NCBI GenBank assembly: GCA_963815115.1
Contig: CAWFFN010000009.1
Span: forward strand, 1,088,001-1,152,000
Reading direction: 5' to 3'
DNA length: 64,000 nt
Source: an uncultured delta proteobacterium
GTDB lineage: Bacteria; Desulfobacterota; Binatia; DP-6
How positions within the stretch are numbered: the stretch's first letter is position 1; each line of letters begins with the position of its first letter. Below are positions 9,340 through 20,901 of this stretch, piece by piece. The translations under genes were made by a program, and so were the position numbers. The notes under the pieces were generated by a model. That model did no database searches. It saw only the letters and a program-made list of their open reading frames with translations, and was not told where the DNA came from.

Positions 9340-12300
9340 ATGACCGACGTCCCCTTCGTCGGGCGCGAGGTCGAGCGCGGCGCTCTGCGCGCCTGCCTCG
9401 CGGACGCCGGCCGCGGGCGCGGTCGCGTTCTCCTGGTTGGCGGCGAGCCGGGCATCGGGAAGACCCGCTTCGTCGAGGCGGCGATGGACGAGGCCAGGAC
9501 CCTCGGCTTCGCGATCGCCCTGGGCGCATGTGATCCCTGCGCCGGCACGCCGGAGTACTGGCCCTGGCGCCAGGTGCATCACGCCCTCACCACGCCCGAG
9601 GGCGCCGAGCCCCTACCGCCGACGGCGCCGGTGCTGCTGGAGGGAATGCTCGTGGACGACCTCGCCAGGGCGTCGAACGGACCCGGCAGCGACGGGATGC
9701 CGGATCAGCGGCGGTTCCAGCTCTTCGACATCGCGGCGCGCGCGCTCGTTCGCCGAACACGGCGCCAGCCGGGCCTTCTCGTTCTCGAGGACCTCCACTG
9801 GGCCGATCGCTCGTCGCTCCTGCTGCTCGAGTTCCTGGCGCCGCGGTTCCGGAGCGCCGCCATCGTCCTGCTCGCGACGTACCGCGACCTGGACGTCATT
9901 CCCGACCATCCGCTGTACGCCGCCCTGGCGGCGGTCTCCCGCCATGCACACACGCAGCGGCTGGTGCTTCGCGGACTCGAGAGCGACGCGCTGGCGCACT
10001 TCGTCGAGGTGATGGCGAGACTCCGCCCGTCCCCCGCGGTGGTAGAGGCGATGCTCCGCGACACCGGCGGCAATCCCTTCTTCGTGAGCGAGGTCGTGCG
10101 GCTCCTCGCGAGCCGGACGCAGCTTGGACGCCTGACGGCGAGCGTCTTCGACTCGCTCGGCGTCCCTCCCTCCGTCCGCGAGGTGACCGGCCAGCGCCTC
10201 GCGCGGCTCTCCCCGGCGGTCCGGGAGCTCCTCGATCTGGCCGCGACGATCGGCCTCGAGATCCCGGTAGCGGTCCTCGCCGAGGCCGCCGGACAACCGG
10301 CGATGCAGGTGCTCGCGGCCCTCGAGGAGCCGCTCGCGGCGCGCCTCGTCACGGAGGTGCGCGAGGACCCGGGGCGCGTGCGCTTCACCCACGCGCTCGT
10401 GCGCGAGGTCGTGTACGAAGCGCTCGGTCCCGCCCGCCGGGCCGCGCTGCACCGGGCGATCGGGACCGCGCTCGAGCGCCTGCACGGCGAGCTCGACGGT
10501 CCGCACCTCGACGAGCTGGCGCATCACTTCGCGGGCGCCGCGCCCGGTGGTTCGGTGGAGAAAGCGGTCGAGTACTGTACGCGCTCCGCCGTCCGCGCGA
10601 TGGAGCGCTACGGGTTCGACGAGAGCGCTCGCGGCTACGAGCGCGCACTCGCGCTCGTGCCCGGGGCCCAGCAGCGCCGTCGCGGCGAGCTGCTGCTCGG
10701 TCTCGCCCGGGCGCGGAAGATGGCCGGCGATCCCCAGGCCGCCGGCCGGTCGTTCTTCGAAGCCGCCGACCTGGCGCTGAGGCTCGGCGACGCGGAGCTC
10801 CTGGCCGAGGCGGCCCTGCGGGACGGCCTCTGGTGGGCGGTCACGAGCCACGCGGACGATCAACGTGCGATGGCGCTTCTCGAAGAGGCAGTCACACGGC
10901 TCGACGATCTCGACTCGCCGCTGCGCGCCGCCGTCCTCGCGCAGCTCGCCACCGGAATGGCGTACGCGGCGGGACAGCTCGACCGCGCCTCCGCGCTCGC
11001 CGCCGACGCGGTCGCCATGGCGCGCCGGCTCGGCGACCCGTCGCTGCTGGTCCAGTGCCTCGTGCAGCAGCATCAGGTCGCACAGCACCCCGACGGCCTC
11101 CCGCGGCGCCGCGAGATCGTCGACGAGCTCGATCGTTTCGCCGAGGCGTCCGCCCGCGCCGACCTCGACTGTCTCGTGCAGTGGATGCGCGCGACCGACC
11201 GCCTCGAAGTCGGTGACCGCCTCGGCGCCGAGCCGTACGTGGTGGCATGCGGTCGTCTGGCCGAGGAGCTCCGCCAGCCGCTCCATCTCTGGAATGCTGC
11301 CCGGCTCCGGGTGACCTGCCTGCTCCTCGAAGGGCGTGACGTCGAGGCGAAGCAGGGCATGCACGACGGCCTCGAGCTCGGACGCCAGGCCCTCGGCGGC
11401 CTCGCGATCGACGGCTTCCTCGCGCAGCGCGCGGAGCTCCTCTGGCAGCAGGGACGTCTCGCGGAGACGGTCGCCCTGCTGGAGACGGGAATCCGCACGC
11501 GGCGTGAAGAGCGAACGCTCCGCTGCGGGCTCGCGCTCGTGCTGGCCGAGCAGGGCGCCGTCGCGCGGGCACGCGCCGAGCTCGATGTGCTGGCGGCGAG
11601 TGGCATCGCGAGCTGGCCGCGCGGTCACCACTGGCTGGCGCAGCTCTCCTGGCTCGGGCGTGCGGCGGCGGTGATCGGCGACCGCGAGCGCGCGGCGGAG
11701 GTCTATGACCTCCTCTCGCCCTATGCCGATCGGACCGTGACGATCGGCCCGTCGTTCTTCTGCCAGGGCTCGGTCGCGCGGGGACTCGGCGTGATGGCCG
11801 GCGCGCTCGGGCGATGGGACGAGTCGATGGCACACTTCGAGACCGCGCTCGCCGTCGACCGCGGCATGGGCGCCGCGCCATACGTGGCCCTCACCGAGCG
11901 CGATCGCGAGGCGGTCATCCGCGCACGGGACGGCTCCGGTGGCCGCCCCGTGCAGGTGCCCGCCACGCCGGCCGTGCCAGCGGCCCGCGTCTTCCGGCGC
12001 GATGGCAACTTCTGGACCGTCGCCTGGGACGACGCCGTGGTTCGTCTGAAGGACACCCGCGGCCTCCAGTATCTCGCGCAGCTGCTCGCACGGCCCGGCC
12101 AGGAGGTCCACGTGCTCGACCTGGTGGCGGCCGTGCACGCGGAGCCGGGGCACGCGGCGCGCCGGCACCTGGCGTCCGCCGATGCCGGCACGATCCTCGA
12201 CGCGACGGCTCGCGCGGCCTACCGGCGGCGCCTGGCCGAGCTGCGCGAGGAGCTCGAGGAAGCCGCGGCATACGGCGATCTCGGCCGCACCGACCGGTTG

Positions 12301-12546
12301 CGCGCGGAGATGGAATTCCTCACCGAGCAGCTCGCCTCTGCGATGGGCATCGGCGGCGCCGCGCGTCGGGTCGGCGGACCGAGCGAGCGCGCGCGCTCGG
12401 CCGTCACGCAGAACATCCGTTCGACGCTGAAGCGCCTCGTCAAGGCGCTGCCGGTGCTCGACGGGGCGCTCGCACGACGGATTCGCACCGGCTCCTTCTG
12501 CGCGTACGAGCCGGATACTTCCCGCCCGGTGCCCTGGCAGCTCTGA
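9340..12546 (+). CDS. STAND/AAA_16 ATPase-TPR transcriptional regulator with non-LuxR C-terminal domain
   Basis: FVGRExE, Walker A GEPGIGKT, Walker [25 protein letters not shown]; TPR-like helices; C-terminal [10 protein letters not shown]...KDTRGLQYL...ERARSAV...[10 protein letters not shown]. Confidence 0.85.
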   Translation: MTDVPFVGREVERGALRACLADAGRGRGRVLLVGGEPGIGKTRFVEAAMDEARTLGFAIALGACDPCAGTPEYWPWRQVHHALTTPEGAEPLPPTAPVLLEGMLVDDLARASNGPGSDGMPDQRRFQLFDIAARALVRRTRRQPGLLVLEDLHWADRSSLLLLEFLAPRFRSAAIVLLATYRDLDVIPDHPLYAALAAVSRHAHTQRLVLRGLESDALAHFVEVMARLRPSPAVVEAMLRDTGGNPFFVSEVVRLLASRTQLGRLTASVFDSLGVPPSVREVTGQRLARLSPAVRELLDLAATIGLEIPVAVLAEAAGQPAMQVLAALEEPLAARLVTEVREDPGRVRFTHALVREVVYEALGPARRAALHRAIGTALERLHGELDGPHLDELAHHFAGAAPGGSVEKAVEYCTRSAVRAMERYGFDESARGYERALALVPGAQQRRRGELLLGLARARKMAGDPQAAGRSFFEAADLALRLGDAELLAEAALRDGLWWAVTSHADDQRAMALLEEAVTRLDDLDSPLRAAVLAQLATGMAYAAGQLDRASALAADAVAMARRLGDPSLLVQCLVQQHQVAQHPDGLPRRREIVDELDRFAEASARADLDCLVQWMRATDRLEVGDRLGAEPYVVACGRLAEELRQPLHLWNAARLRVTCLLLEGRDVEAKQGMHDGLELGRQALGGLAIDGFLAQRAELLWQQGRLAETVALLETGIRTRREERTLRCGLALVLAEQGAVARARAELDVLAASGIASWPRGHHWLAQLSWLGRAAAVIGDRERAAEVYDLLSPYADRTVTIGPSFFCQGSVARGLGVMAGALGRWDESMAHFETALAVDRGMGAAPYVALTERDREAVIRARDGSGGRPVQVPATPAVPAARVFRRDGNFWTVAWDDAVVRLKDTRGLQYLAQLLARPGQEVHVLDLVAAVHAEPGHAARRHLASADAGTILDATARAAYRRRLAELREELEEAAAYGDLGRTDRLRAEMEFLTEQLASAMGIGGAARRVGGPSERARSAVTQNIRSTLKRLVKALPVLDGALARRIRTGSFCAYEPDTSRPVPWQL

Positions 12547-12604
12547 AGCGGTCGTTCCTGCCTCCTATCGACTTCGGGGTGCATTCCGGGTGAAAGAAGG
12601 AGGG

Positions 12605-15238
12605 ATGACCACACCGCGAGACAGGACGAACGGGCCCGGCGATGGCAACCCCGACGTCGTGGTGGTGGGTGCCGGGTTCGCCGGGCTGTACATGCTCCAC
12701 CGGTTGCGAGGCCTAGGGTTCGCCACGACGGTGATCGAGAGCGCCGACGACGTTGGCGGCACCTGGTACTGGAACCGCTACCCGGGTGCCCGCTGCGACA
12801 TCGAGAGCATCGACTACTCGTACAGCTTCGACCCCGAGCTCCAGACCGAGTGGCAATGGTCGGAACGGTACGCGACGCAGCCCGAGATCCTCCGCTATCT
12901 GGGGCACGTCGCCGACAAGCACGACCTCCGGCGCGACATCCGCTTCTCGACCCGCGTCGAGTCCGCCACGTGGGACGACGCGGCGTCGCGCTGGCTCGTG
13001 CGCACCGACCGCGGCGACGAGCTGCGGTGCCGCTTCTACGTGATGGCGAGCGGGTGTCTCTCCCTGCCGAAGACGCCCGACATTCCCGGCTTCGATCGCT
13101 TCCGGGGCGAGACCTACTTCACGGGCCGGTGGCCGCACGCGGGCGTCGACTTCTCCGGGCGGCGCGTCGCCGTCATCGGCACGGGGTCGTCGGGCATCCA
13201 GTCGATCCCGCTCATCGCGCAGCAGGCGGCCGAGCTCACCGTGTTCCAGCGCACGCCGAACTTCTCGCGACCCGCCTTCAACGGCCCCGTGCCGCCCGCG
13301 AAGAAGGCAACGTTCGACGCCGATCCGGCGGCGTATCGTGCCGCGGCCCGGCTGTCCCTGGCCGGCGTGCCCAGGGAGCGCACGCTCGTCAGGACCTTCT
13401 CGGTCCCGGCGGCGGAGCGCCTGGCCAAGTTCGAGGAAGCCTACGCGTCGGGAGATCTCCTCGCGCTCAGCACGACCTTCGCCGACCTCGGCGCCGACCC
13501 CGAGGCGAACGAGACGGTCTGCGAGTTCATGCGCGGCAAGGTTCGCTCCATCGTGCGCGATCCAGAGACCGCGGAGACCCTCTGCCCGAAGAACCACTTC
13601 TACGGCACCAAGCGCCCCTGCATCGACACCAACTACTACGAGACCTTCAACCTGCCCCACGTCCGTCTCGTCGACCTGCACAAGGATCCCATCCGCACGA
13701 TCACCGAGACGGGCATCGACACGGCGACCCGATCCTTCGCATTCGACGCCATCGTCTTCGCCACGGGCTTCGACGCGATGACCGGTCCGATCGTCTCGGT
13801 CGACATCCGCGGGCGCAACGGACAGTCGCTCGCCGGCAAGTGGGCAGAGGGTCCCAAGACGTATCTCGGGCTCATGACGGCGGGGTTCCCGAACTTCTTC
13901 ACGATCACGGGACCGGGGAGCCCTTCGGTCCTGTCGAACATGGTGGTGTCGATCGAGCAGCACGTCGACTGGGTGGGCGCCTGCCTCGCCCACATGCGCG
14001 AGGAGAACCTCGACGTGGTCGAGCCGACGCCGGTCGCCGAAGCGGGATGGCTGCAGCACGTCAACGACTGCGCCGACGTCACGCTCTATCCGACCGCGAA
14101 CTCCTGGTACATGGGCGCCAACGTCCCGGGCAAGCCGCGCGTGTTTCTTCCCTACGTCGGCGGCGTCGATCGGTACCGGAAGACCTGCGACGAAGTGGTG
14201 CGCCGCGACTACCTCGGCTTCGCGTTCGACGGCCCCGGTGGCAGACGCTGCACCGACGGCGTCGTCAACCGGCTCCAGCTCGACGTCTCGACCATCCTGG
14301 ATCTGATCCAGGAGCTCGGCCTTCCTCCGATGGAGACGATGTCCGTCGCCGACGCGCGCGCGTTCTCGGTGGCGATGGCCGCCGAGCGGCCGCCCGGTCC
14401 CGAGGTGGGCGACGTCGTCGATGGCGTGCTTCCCGGTCCGGCCGGCCCGCTGTCGTACCGCCGCTACCGGCCGGCGACCCCCGGACCACATCCGATCGTC
14501 GTCTATTTTCACGGCGGCGGCTGGGTGCTGGGCGGCCTCGACTCCGACGATCCCTTCTGTCGTGACCTGTGCGTGAAGTCGAACGCCGTCGTCGTCTCCG
14601 TCGACTACCGCCACGCGCCCGAAGCGCGGTTCCCTGCGGCTGTCGACGACGGGTTCGCCGCGGTTCGCTGGATCGCCGCCAACGCCGAGACGCTGGGCGG
14701 CGTCCCGGGGAAGCTCGCGGTCTGCGGATGGAGCGCGGGTGGGAACGTCGCCGCGGTCGTCTGCCAGATGGCCCGCGATGCCGGCGGCCCGCGCATCGCC
14801 GGGCAGGTGCTGGTGACCCCGGTGACCGACTGCGACTTCAGGCGGGAGTCCTACGTCGCCAATGGCGACGGGTACGTGCTCACCACGGCGCTCATGCGGT
14901 GGTTCTGGGATCACTACGCCGATCCGGCCGATCGGTTGCATCCGAAGGCATCACCGCTCCGCGCCCGCGATCTGTCCCGTCTCCCTCCGGCGCTCGTCGT
15001 CACGTGCGAGTTCGATCCACTCCGTGACGAGGGTGCCGCCTACGTGGAGGCCCTGGCGGAAGCCGGCGTCGACGCTCGGCACCTGCCGTGTCGCGGGCAG
15101 ATCCACACGTCGGTGCCGGCGGTGGATATGATCCGGTCGGCTGCCGGCGCCCGGGAGGAGATCGGCGCGGCGCTCCGTCGGTTCCTGGACGCGAGTCCCG
15201 GGGTGGACGTGCTGAGGACGGCCCATCACGCGAACTGA
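12605..15238 (+). CDS. Type I Baeyer-Villiger monooxygenase fused to an HSL-family esterase
   Basis: [33 protein letters not shown]; then YFHGGGW, GWSAGG nucleophile, DPLRDEG and a C-terminal His. Confidence 0.93.
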   Translation: MTTPRDRTNGPGDGNPDVVVVGAGFAGLYMLHRLRGLGFATTVIESADDVGGTWYWNRYPGARCDIESIDYSYSFDPELQTEWQWSERYATQPEILRYLGHVADKHDLRRDIRFSTRVESATWDDAASRWLVRTDRGDELRCRFYVMASGCLSLPKTPDIPGFDRFRGETYFTGRWPHAGVDFSGRRVAVIGTGSSGIQSIPLIAQQAAELTVFQRTPNFSRPAFNGPVPPAKKATFDADPAAYRAAARLSLAGVPRERTLVRTFSVPAAERLAKFEEAYASGDLLALSTTFADLGADPEANETVCEFMRGKVRSIVRDPETAETLCPKNHFYGTKRPCIDTNYYETFNLPHVRLVDLHKDPIRTITETGIDTATRSFAFDAIVFATGFDAMTGPIVSVDIRGRNGQSLAGKWAEGPKTYLGLMTAGFPNFFTITGPGSPSVLSNMVVSIEQHVDWVGACLAHMREENLDVVEPTPVAEAGWLQHVNDCADVTLYPTANSWYMGANVPGKPRVFLPYVGGVDRYRKTCDEVVRRDYLGFAFDGPGGRRCTDGVVNRLQLDVSTILDLIQELGLPPMETMSVADARAFSVAMAAERPPGPEVGDVVDGVLPGPAGPLSYRRYRPATPGPHPIVVYFHGGGWVLGGLDSDDPFCRDLCVKSNAVVVSVDYRHAPEARFPAAVDDGFAAVRWIAANAETLGGVPGKLAVCGWSAGGNVAAVVCQMARDAGGPRIAGQVLVTPVTDCDFRRESYVANGDGYVLTTALMRWFWDHYADPADRLHPKASPLRARDLSRLPPALVVTCEFDPLRDEGAAYVEALAEAGVDARHLPCRGQIHTSVPAVDMIRSAAGAREEIGAALRRFLDASPGVDVLRTAHHAN

Positions 15239-15315
15239 TACGGGGTCCCCTCGGACTGGCCTGCCGCATGGTCGCGGTCGACCAGCACGTGCATCGCCAC
15301 CCACCGCGACCACAC

Positions 15316-16935
15316 TCAGCCCCCGCCCGCCAGCTGCTCGCGCAGGGCGCGCTTCATGACCTTGCCGCTCGCGGTGCGCGGGAAGTCCTCCACCACGGCG
15401 AGCCGCTCGGGCAGCTTGCGCTTGGAGAGGCCGCGGGCGAGCAGGTGCCGCGTCAGATCATCGAGCGTGGGCGGCGTGGCGCCGCCACGCAGGCGGAGCA
15501 CCGCGCACGCGATCTCCCCCGCCGCCGGGTCGGGCACGCCGACCACCGCCACCTCCACGATCCCGGGATGGACGGCGAGCAGATCCTCGATCTCGCGCGC
15601 GCTGATGTTCTCGCCCTTGCGGATGATGATGTCCTTCTTGCGTCCGGTGATGCGGAGGTAGCCCTCGGTGTCGAGCGTGCCCAGGTCGCCGGTGCGGAAC
15701 CAGCCGTCGGCGGTGAAGGTCTCCGCGTTGAGCGCCGGATCGAGGTACCCGAGGCAGCACTCGGGCCCGCGCGCGAGGATCTCGCCCTCCTGTCCTCCGT
15801 CTTGTCCCGCCGATGCCGTGCGGCCATCGTCATCGACGATCCGGATCTCGTTGGCGCCGATCGCGCGGCCCTCGCTGTCGATGCGGCGCGCCGGGGGATC
15901 GTCGGGCCCGGTCGTCGTGATGGTGGGAAACTCCGTGGAGCCGTAGACGCGCTTGGCGACACAGCCGAGGCGCGCGGCCGCCCCGGCGACGAGGGCGGGG
16001 TCGACGTCGGCGCCGCCGCAGGAGAACAGACGGAAGCTCGACACGTCCTCGGCGGTGACCTCGACCTGCTGCGCGAGATCGCGCAGGAAGGTCGGAGCAC
16101 CCACCATGTACGTCACGCGCTCGGCGGCGATCAGCCGGAGCGCCTCGTCCGGGTCCCACCGCGGCATGAGCACGGCGCACGAGCCGAGCGCGGCCGGCAC
16201 CAGCAGGCCGTGCACGATGCCCGAGATGTGCATGAGGGGGGACGGCATGAGCACCGTGTCGCCACTGCCGATCCGGTGGACCGCTTCGAGGCTGCGCGCC
16301 TCGGCGAGCAACGTCCGGTGCGAGTGCAGCGCTCCCTTCGGATCCGCCGTGGTGCCCGAGGTGTAGACGACGACCGCCACGGTCCCGGGGTCGCCCGGCG
16401 CCGGCGGAAGCGGGGCACGGGGAAGCGTCGCCAGCGCTCGCATGTCCGGGGCGGGGTCGTCGCGCACGACGATCACCTCGGCGAGCTCCGGCAACTCCGA
16501 CCGCAGTCCTGCGATCAGCTCGCGGTGGTCGCAGTCGCGGTGGCGGCCGGGGATGAAGATCGCTCGCGCACCGCTCTGGCGGAGGATGAACGCCACCTCG
16601 CGCTCGCGATGGATGGACGGGATCGGCACGGCGGTGGCGCCGAGGCGAGCCGCGGCGAGGAGCACGGCGACGGTCTCCCACCAGTTCGGCAGCTGGAGGG
16701 CGACCGTGTCGCCGGGCGCGACGCCGAGCGCCGCGAGGCTGGCGGCCACCGCCTCGGCGCGCGCGGCGAGCGCATCGAAGGTGAGCCGTGCCACGCCCTC
16801 GACCAGCGCCGTGCGCTCGCCTCCTCGGGTGACCGTGGCAGCAAACGCCTCCCACAGCGTGTCGTTGCCCCAGGAGCCGTCGCGCACGTACGCGTCGGCG
16901 AGCGGCGGATGGTGCGTCGGCGCGACACGCGGCAC
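15316..16935 (-). CDS. AMP-dependent acyl-CoA ligase (cyclohexanecarboxylate-CoA ligase-like)
   Basis: YTSGTTADPKG, YGSTE, WFRTGDLG, GRKKDIIIRKGENIS, PRTASGKV; start codon uncertain. Confidence 0.9.
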   Translation of the reverse strand: MPRVAPTHHPPLADAYVRDGSWGNDTLWEAFAATVTRGGERTALVEGVARLTFDALAARAEAVAASLAALGVAPGDTVALQLPNWWETVAVLLAAARLGATAVPIPSIHREREVAFILRQSGARAIFIPGRHRDCDHRELIAGLRSELPELAEVIVVRDDPAPDMRALATLPRAPLPPAPGDPGTVAVVVYTSGTTADPKGALHSHRTLLAEARSLEAVHRIGSGDTVLMPSPLMHISGIVHGLLVPAALGSCAVLMPRWDPDEALRLIAAERVTYMVGAPTFLRDLAQQVEVTAEDVSSFRLFSCGGADVDPALVAGAAARLGCVAKRVYGSTEFPTITTTGPDDPPARRIDSEGRAIGANEIRIVDDDGRTASAGQDGGQEGEILARGPECCLGYLDPALNAETFTADGWFRTGDLGTLDTEGYLRITGRKKDIIIRKGENISAREIEDLLAVHPGIVEVAVVGVPDPAAGEIACAVLRLRGGATPPTLDDLTRHLLARGLSKRKLPERLAVVEDFPRTASGKVMKRALREQLAGGG

Positions 16936-17053
16936 GCTCCCCCGTATGGGGGACGGCAACCGCGACCGTCAAGCGTACGCGGCTGCGTTCGGTGTGGTGC
17001 TGACGCGCCGTTCTATTGACGGCACAGTGGCCCGTGTGTAACGACCGCGACTG

Positions 17054-18119
17054 ATGCGCTCGGCGTCTGCTGCGACCGTCGCACTGTCCCTGTCGCTCGT
17101 GCTTCCCGCGCCGGGCCGTGCCGCCGAGCTGCGCGATCATCTCTACGGCGTTCGTGCGCTCAGCGCGAGCGACGCCTGGACCGTCGGCAACTTCGGTTCC
17201 ATCCAGCACACCACCGACGGCGGCAAGACCTGGAAGACCGTCGAGGGCGGCACCCGCCTGCCACTCTTCAGCATCGACTTCGGCGATTCCGCAGCATGCC
17301 TGGGCGGTTGGCAAGTCGGCGCTCGTTCTGCGCACCGAGGACGGCGGCAAGACGTGGAAGCAGCAGACCACGCCCCTCTCGGCCGAGAAGCACCTGTTCA
17401 AGGTGAAGGCAGTCGACAACGATACTGCCTGGGCGGTCGGCGACTGGGGCACGATCATCACCACGCGCGACGGCGGGGCGACGTGGCAGGACCGGTCGCT
17501 CGGCGTCACCCAGGTCAAGACCGAGGAGGGACCCGGCCGCACCACCACCACCCTGACCGATGACGTGATCCTCTACGACGTCTCGTTTCCCGATCACGAC
17601 CACGGCTTCATCACCGGAGAGTTCGGCACCGTCCTCTTCACGTCGGACGGCGGCGCCACGTGGACCCGGCGTTCGACTCCCACCGAGAAGACGCTCTTCG
17701 GGGTGCACTTCGTCACGCCGCAGCGGGGATGGGTGGTCGGCATCGACGGCCTGTTGCTCCGCACCGACGACGGCGGGCACCACTGGGAGGTGCAGCACGG
17801 CCATCCCGAGAGCGCGGGGGTCGAGGAGATCAGCTTCGCCGATACCCTCAAGAACCCCGGCATGTATGCGGTGCGGGTGGACGGCGACCGCGGCATCGTC
17901 GTCGGCGACATGGGCATGATCCTCACGTCCAACGACGGGGGCCACACCTGGACCCGGCGCGAGCTGCCGGATCGCGACCGGCTCATCTGGATGCGAGACG
18001 TCAGCCTGGCGCCCGGCGCCGGCGGCTTCGCGGTCGGTGGCGACGGATTCGACGCCCGAGTCGAAGGCGACGAGGTGATCCTCTCCGACGGGCGCCGCGC
18101 CGCGACGGCGGCGGAGTAG
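17054..18119 (+). CDS. YCF48/BNR-repeat beta-propeller, split by one extra base at ~17287
   Basis: Signal peptide and repeated TxDGGxTW Asp-boxes across two frames; removing one T in GATTCCG restores DFGDPQHAWAVG. Confidence 0.85.
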
Positions 18120-18132
18120 ACCGGACCGGCCG

Positions 18133-20871
18133 ATGCTGTCGCGCAAGACGATCGAGGCGTACCTGTTCTTCCTGCTCCGCCACAAGGTGGCGGTGTCGCT
18201 GGTGGTGGCGGTGTTCACCGTCTTTCTCGCGTGGACCACCTACACGCGGCTCGTGGTGCAGCCCGACTTCGCGAGCATGTACCCGCCGAAACATCCCTAC
18301 ATCCAGCTCTACAACGCCTACCGGAACATGTTCGGCACCGCGTTCCAGGTACAGGTCGTCGTCGAGGTGAAGAACGGGACCATCTTCGACGACCCGGCGA
18401 CGGTGCAGAAGGTGGATCGCATCACGCTCGCGCTGCTGCACGACATCCAGGGCGTCAATCCCGAGCAGGTGATCTCGATCACCCATCCCAAGTTGAAGAC
18501 GACGATGACGGCGGGGTCGGGCATCAAGGTCGTTCCGCTCATGTACCCGCGCGTTCCGGAGAACGCGGACGACCTGGCGATCCTCCGCCAGCGCGTCTAC
18601 ACCACCGAGAACGTGCACGGCGTCTTCGTCTCGGAGGACGACAAGGCCACGCAGATCCGCGCCGGGTTCTGGGAAGAGTACTTCGACGTCGAGTCGATGT
18701 ACCGCAAGCTCCAGGACATCGCGCAGCGCGAGTCCGACGAGAACACCCTCGTGTACGTCACCGGCATGCCGATGCTCTTCGGCTACTTCCAGCAGATCAT
18801 GCCGCAAATGGTGAACGTGCTGGCGGCCTCCATCGTCATGATCCTCCTCTTGCTCTGGGTCGAGTTCCGGAGCTGGCAGGGGGTCGTCATCCCCGCCTTC
18901 AGCGCCACGCTGTCGGCGATCTGGGGGCTCGGGTTCGGGGCGCTCTTCGGGATGAACCTCGACCCGCTGGTGCTCGTGATCCCGCTCCTCATCACGGCAC
19001 GCGCGCATTCGCATTCCGTGCAGTCGATGGAGCGCTACCACGAGGAATACCATCGGCTGCAGGACAAGGACGCGGCGATCGTCAAGTCGTATACCGAGAT
19101 CTACGCGCCGGCGATGGTGTCGCTCCTCGCCGACGGCCTCGCCGTCCTGACGCTGCTCGTCGCCCGCATCCCCATGATCCAGAAGCTCGCCTGGCTGTGC
19201 TTCTTCTGGATCGCGTCGATTTTCGTGAGCGTGGTCACGCTCCATCCGATCATCCTCGCGTACACCCCGCCGCCGACCCAGGAGCACACCCGGGGCAAGG
19301 ACGCACTCGAGCGCTTCATGTCGTGGATGATGGTGACTGCCATCGCGTGGCTGCTCTCGCTCTACGGCAAGATCCCTGGCGCGCCCGTGGCGGTGCTGCT
19401 GGCCGTGGCATTCGTGGGTGCGATCGTCGAGGTGCTCACGGGCGCAGTGCTGCCGCTCTACGGCAGCATCGGCATGGGCATCAGCCGTTTCACGGACGCG
19501 TTCGGCGCTTTTTTCGGACGCGTCTACCTCGTGATCGAGCGCACGCTCATCTGGCTCGCCGAGGGCTGGCGGCGCTGGGCGATGGGTGCCGCGCTCCTGA
19601 CGTTGCTCACGATCGGCGTCTACTTCCAGTCGCAGCTCAAGGTAGGTGACACCACGCCGGGCGCGGCTCTCCTCTATGCCGATCACCCGTACAACGTCGC
19701 CTTCCGCAAGGTGAACGAGAAGTTCACCGGCGCGAGCCAGCTGGTGATCATCGCCGAGGGCGCCGCCTACTGTACCGTCTCGGGGCAGCCGTGCGAGGGA
19801 GACTCGTGCAAGCGCTGCCAGCTCGGCGCGGCCGACGCCTGCGCCGCTCCGGAGACCTGCCAGCAACGCGAGGGAGCGATCAAGGACGCCAACACCCTCA
19901 ACAACCTCGACCTGTTCGCGCACTACATGGCGCAGCAGCCCGAGGTGGGTGGGACGATCACGGCGGCGTCGTTGCTGAAGAAGATCTTCCGGACCTTCCG
20001 CGAGGGCGATCCCAAGTGGGAGATGCTGCCCACGCGCAACGATCACATCGCGCAGCTCTTCTTCCTGCTCACGTCGAACACCCGGCGCGGCGAAATGGAC
20101 TTCTTCTTCGACGCCGACTACAAGAACGCGACGGTCACGATCTTCTACAAGGACTACACCCACGAGACCATCCGGTCGTCGATCGAACGCGCCAAGCAGT
20201 ACATCGCTGCGCACCAGGCGGAGGCGCCGAACGTCAACTACCGGCTCGCCGGGGGCGTGATCGGCGTGCTCGCGGCGGTCAACGAGGAAGTCGAGTGGTC
20301 CTACCGCGTCAACCTGATCCTCATCCTGATCGTGGTGTTCCTGCTCAGCTACGCGACCTACGTGTCTGTGATTGGCGCGCTCATCGTCATGCTGCCCTCG
20401 CTCGTCGCGCAGCCGCTCTCCGAGGCGGTGATGTACCTCCTCGGCATCGACTTCAACATCAACTCGCTGCCGGTCGCCGCGGTCGGCATCGGCATCGGGA
20501 TCGACTACGGCTACTACGTGCTGTCGCGCATCGTCGAGGAGCTCAAGGGCGGCGACGAGGAGGGATTCGACGGCGCCATTCGCCGCATGTTCGAGACCAC
20601 GGGGAAGACCGTGCTCTTCACCGGTGTCTCGCTCACCGCCAGCATCATCTTCTGGGTGTTCTTCCCGATGAAGTTCCAGGCGCAGATGGCGTTGCTGCTC
20701 GTGCTGCTGCTGGGCTTCCACCTGATGGGCGCCCTGATGTTCATCCCGCCGATGGTGTCGCTGCTCAAGCCGCGCTTCGCGGTCCGGTACGCCGAGGCCC
20801 GACGCCGGCGGCGAGACGAGGAATTGTCCGCCGAGGCCGTCGCTGCGCGGGTGGGAGCTGCGGGACGCTAG
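18133..20871 (+). CDS. MMPL/RND-family transporter with a 6-Cys periplasmic insert
   Basis: Two repeats of TM + periplasmic domain + TM bundle; ARAHSHSVQ and GIGIDYGYY motifs; lies between YCF48 and DUF1329 genes. Confidence 0.9.
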   Translation: MLSRKTIEAYLFFLLRHKVAVSLVVAVFTVFLAWTTYTRLVVQPDFASMYPPKHPYIQLYNAYRNMFGTAFQVQVVVEVKNGTIFDDPATVQKVDRITLALLHDIQGVNPEQVISITHPKLKTTMTAGSGIKVVPLMYPRVPENADDLAILRQRVYTTENVHGVFVSEDDKATQIRAGFWEEYFDVESMYRKLQDIAQRESDENTLVYVTGMPMLFGYFQQIMPQMVNVLAASIVMILLLLWVEFRSWQGVVIPAFSATLSAIWGLGFGALFGMNLDPLVLVIPLLITARAHSHSVQSMERYHEEYHRLQDKDAAIVKSYTEIYAPAMVSLLADGLAVLTLLVARIPMIQKLAWLCFFWIASIFVSVVTLHPIILAYTPPPTQEHTRGKDALERFMSWMMVTAIAWLLSLYGKIPGAPVAVLLAVAFVGAIVEVLTGAVLPLYGSIGMGISRFTDAFGAFFGRVYLVIERTLIWLAEGWRRWAMGAALLTLLTIGVYFQSQLKVGDTTPGAALLYADHPYNVAFRKVNEKFTGASQLVIIAEGAAYCTVSGQPCEGDSCKRCQLGAADACAAPETCQQREGAIKDANTLNNLDLFAHYMAQQPEVGGTITAASLLKKIFRTFREGDPKWEMLPTRNDHIAQLFFLLTSNTRRGEMDFFFDADYKNATVTIFYKDYTHETIRSSIERAKQYIAAHQAEAPNVNYRLAGGVIGVLAAVNEEVEWSYRVNLILILIVVFLLSYATYVSVIGALIVMLPSLVAQPLSEAVMYLLGIDFNINSLPVAAVGIGIGIDYGYYVLSRIVEELKGGDEEGFDGAIRRMFETTGKTVLFTGVSLTASIIFWVFFPMKFQAQMALLLVLLLGFHLMGALMFIPPMVSLLKPRFAVRYAEARRRRRDEELSAEAVAARVGAAGR

Positions 20872-20901
20872 CATCGGGAGGGCAGCGAGGAGGATCGGTC
20901 G

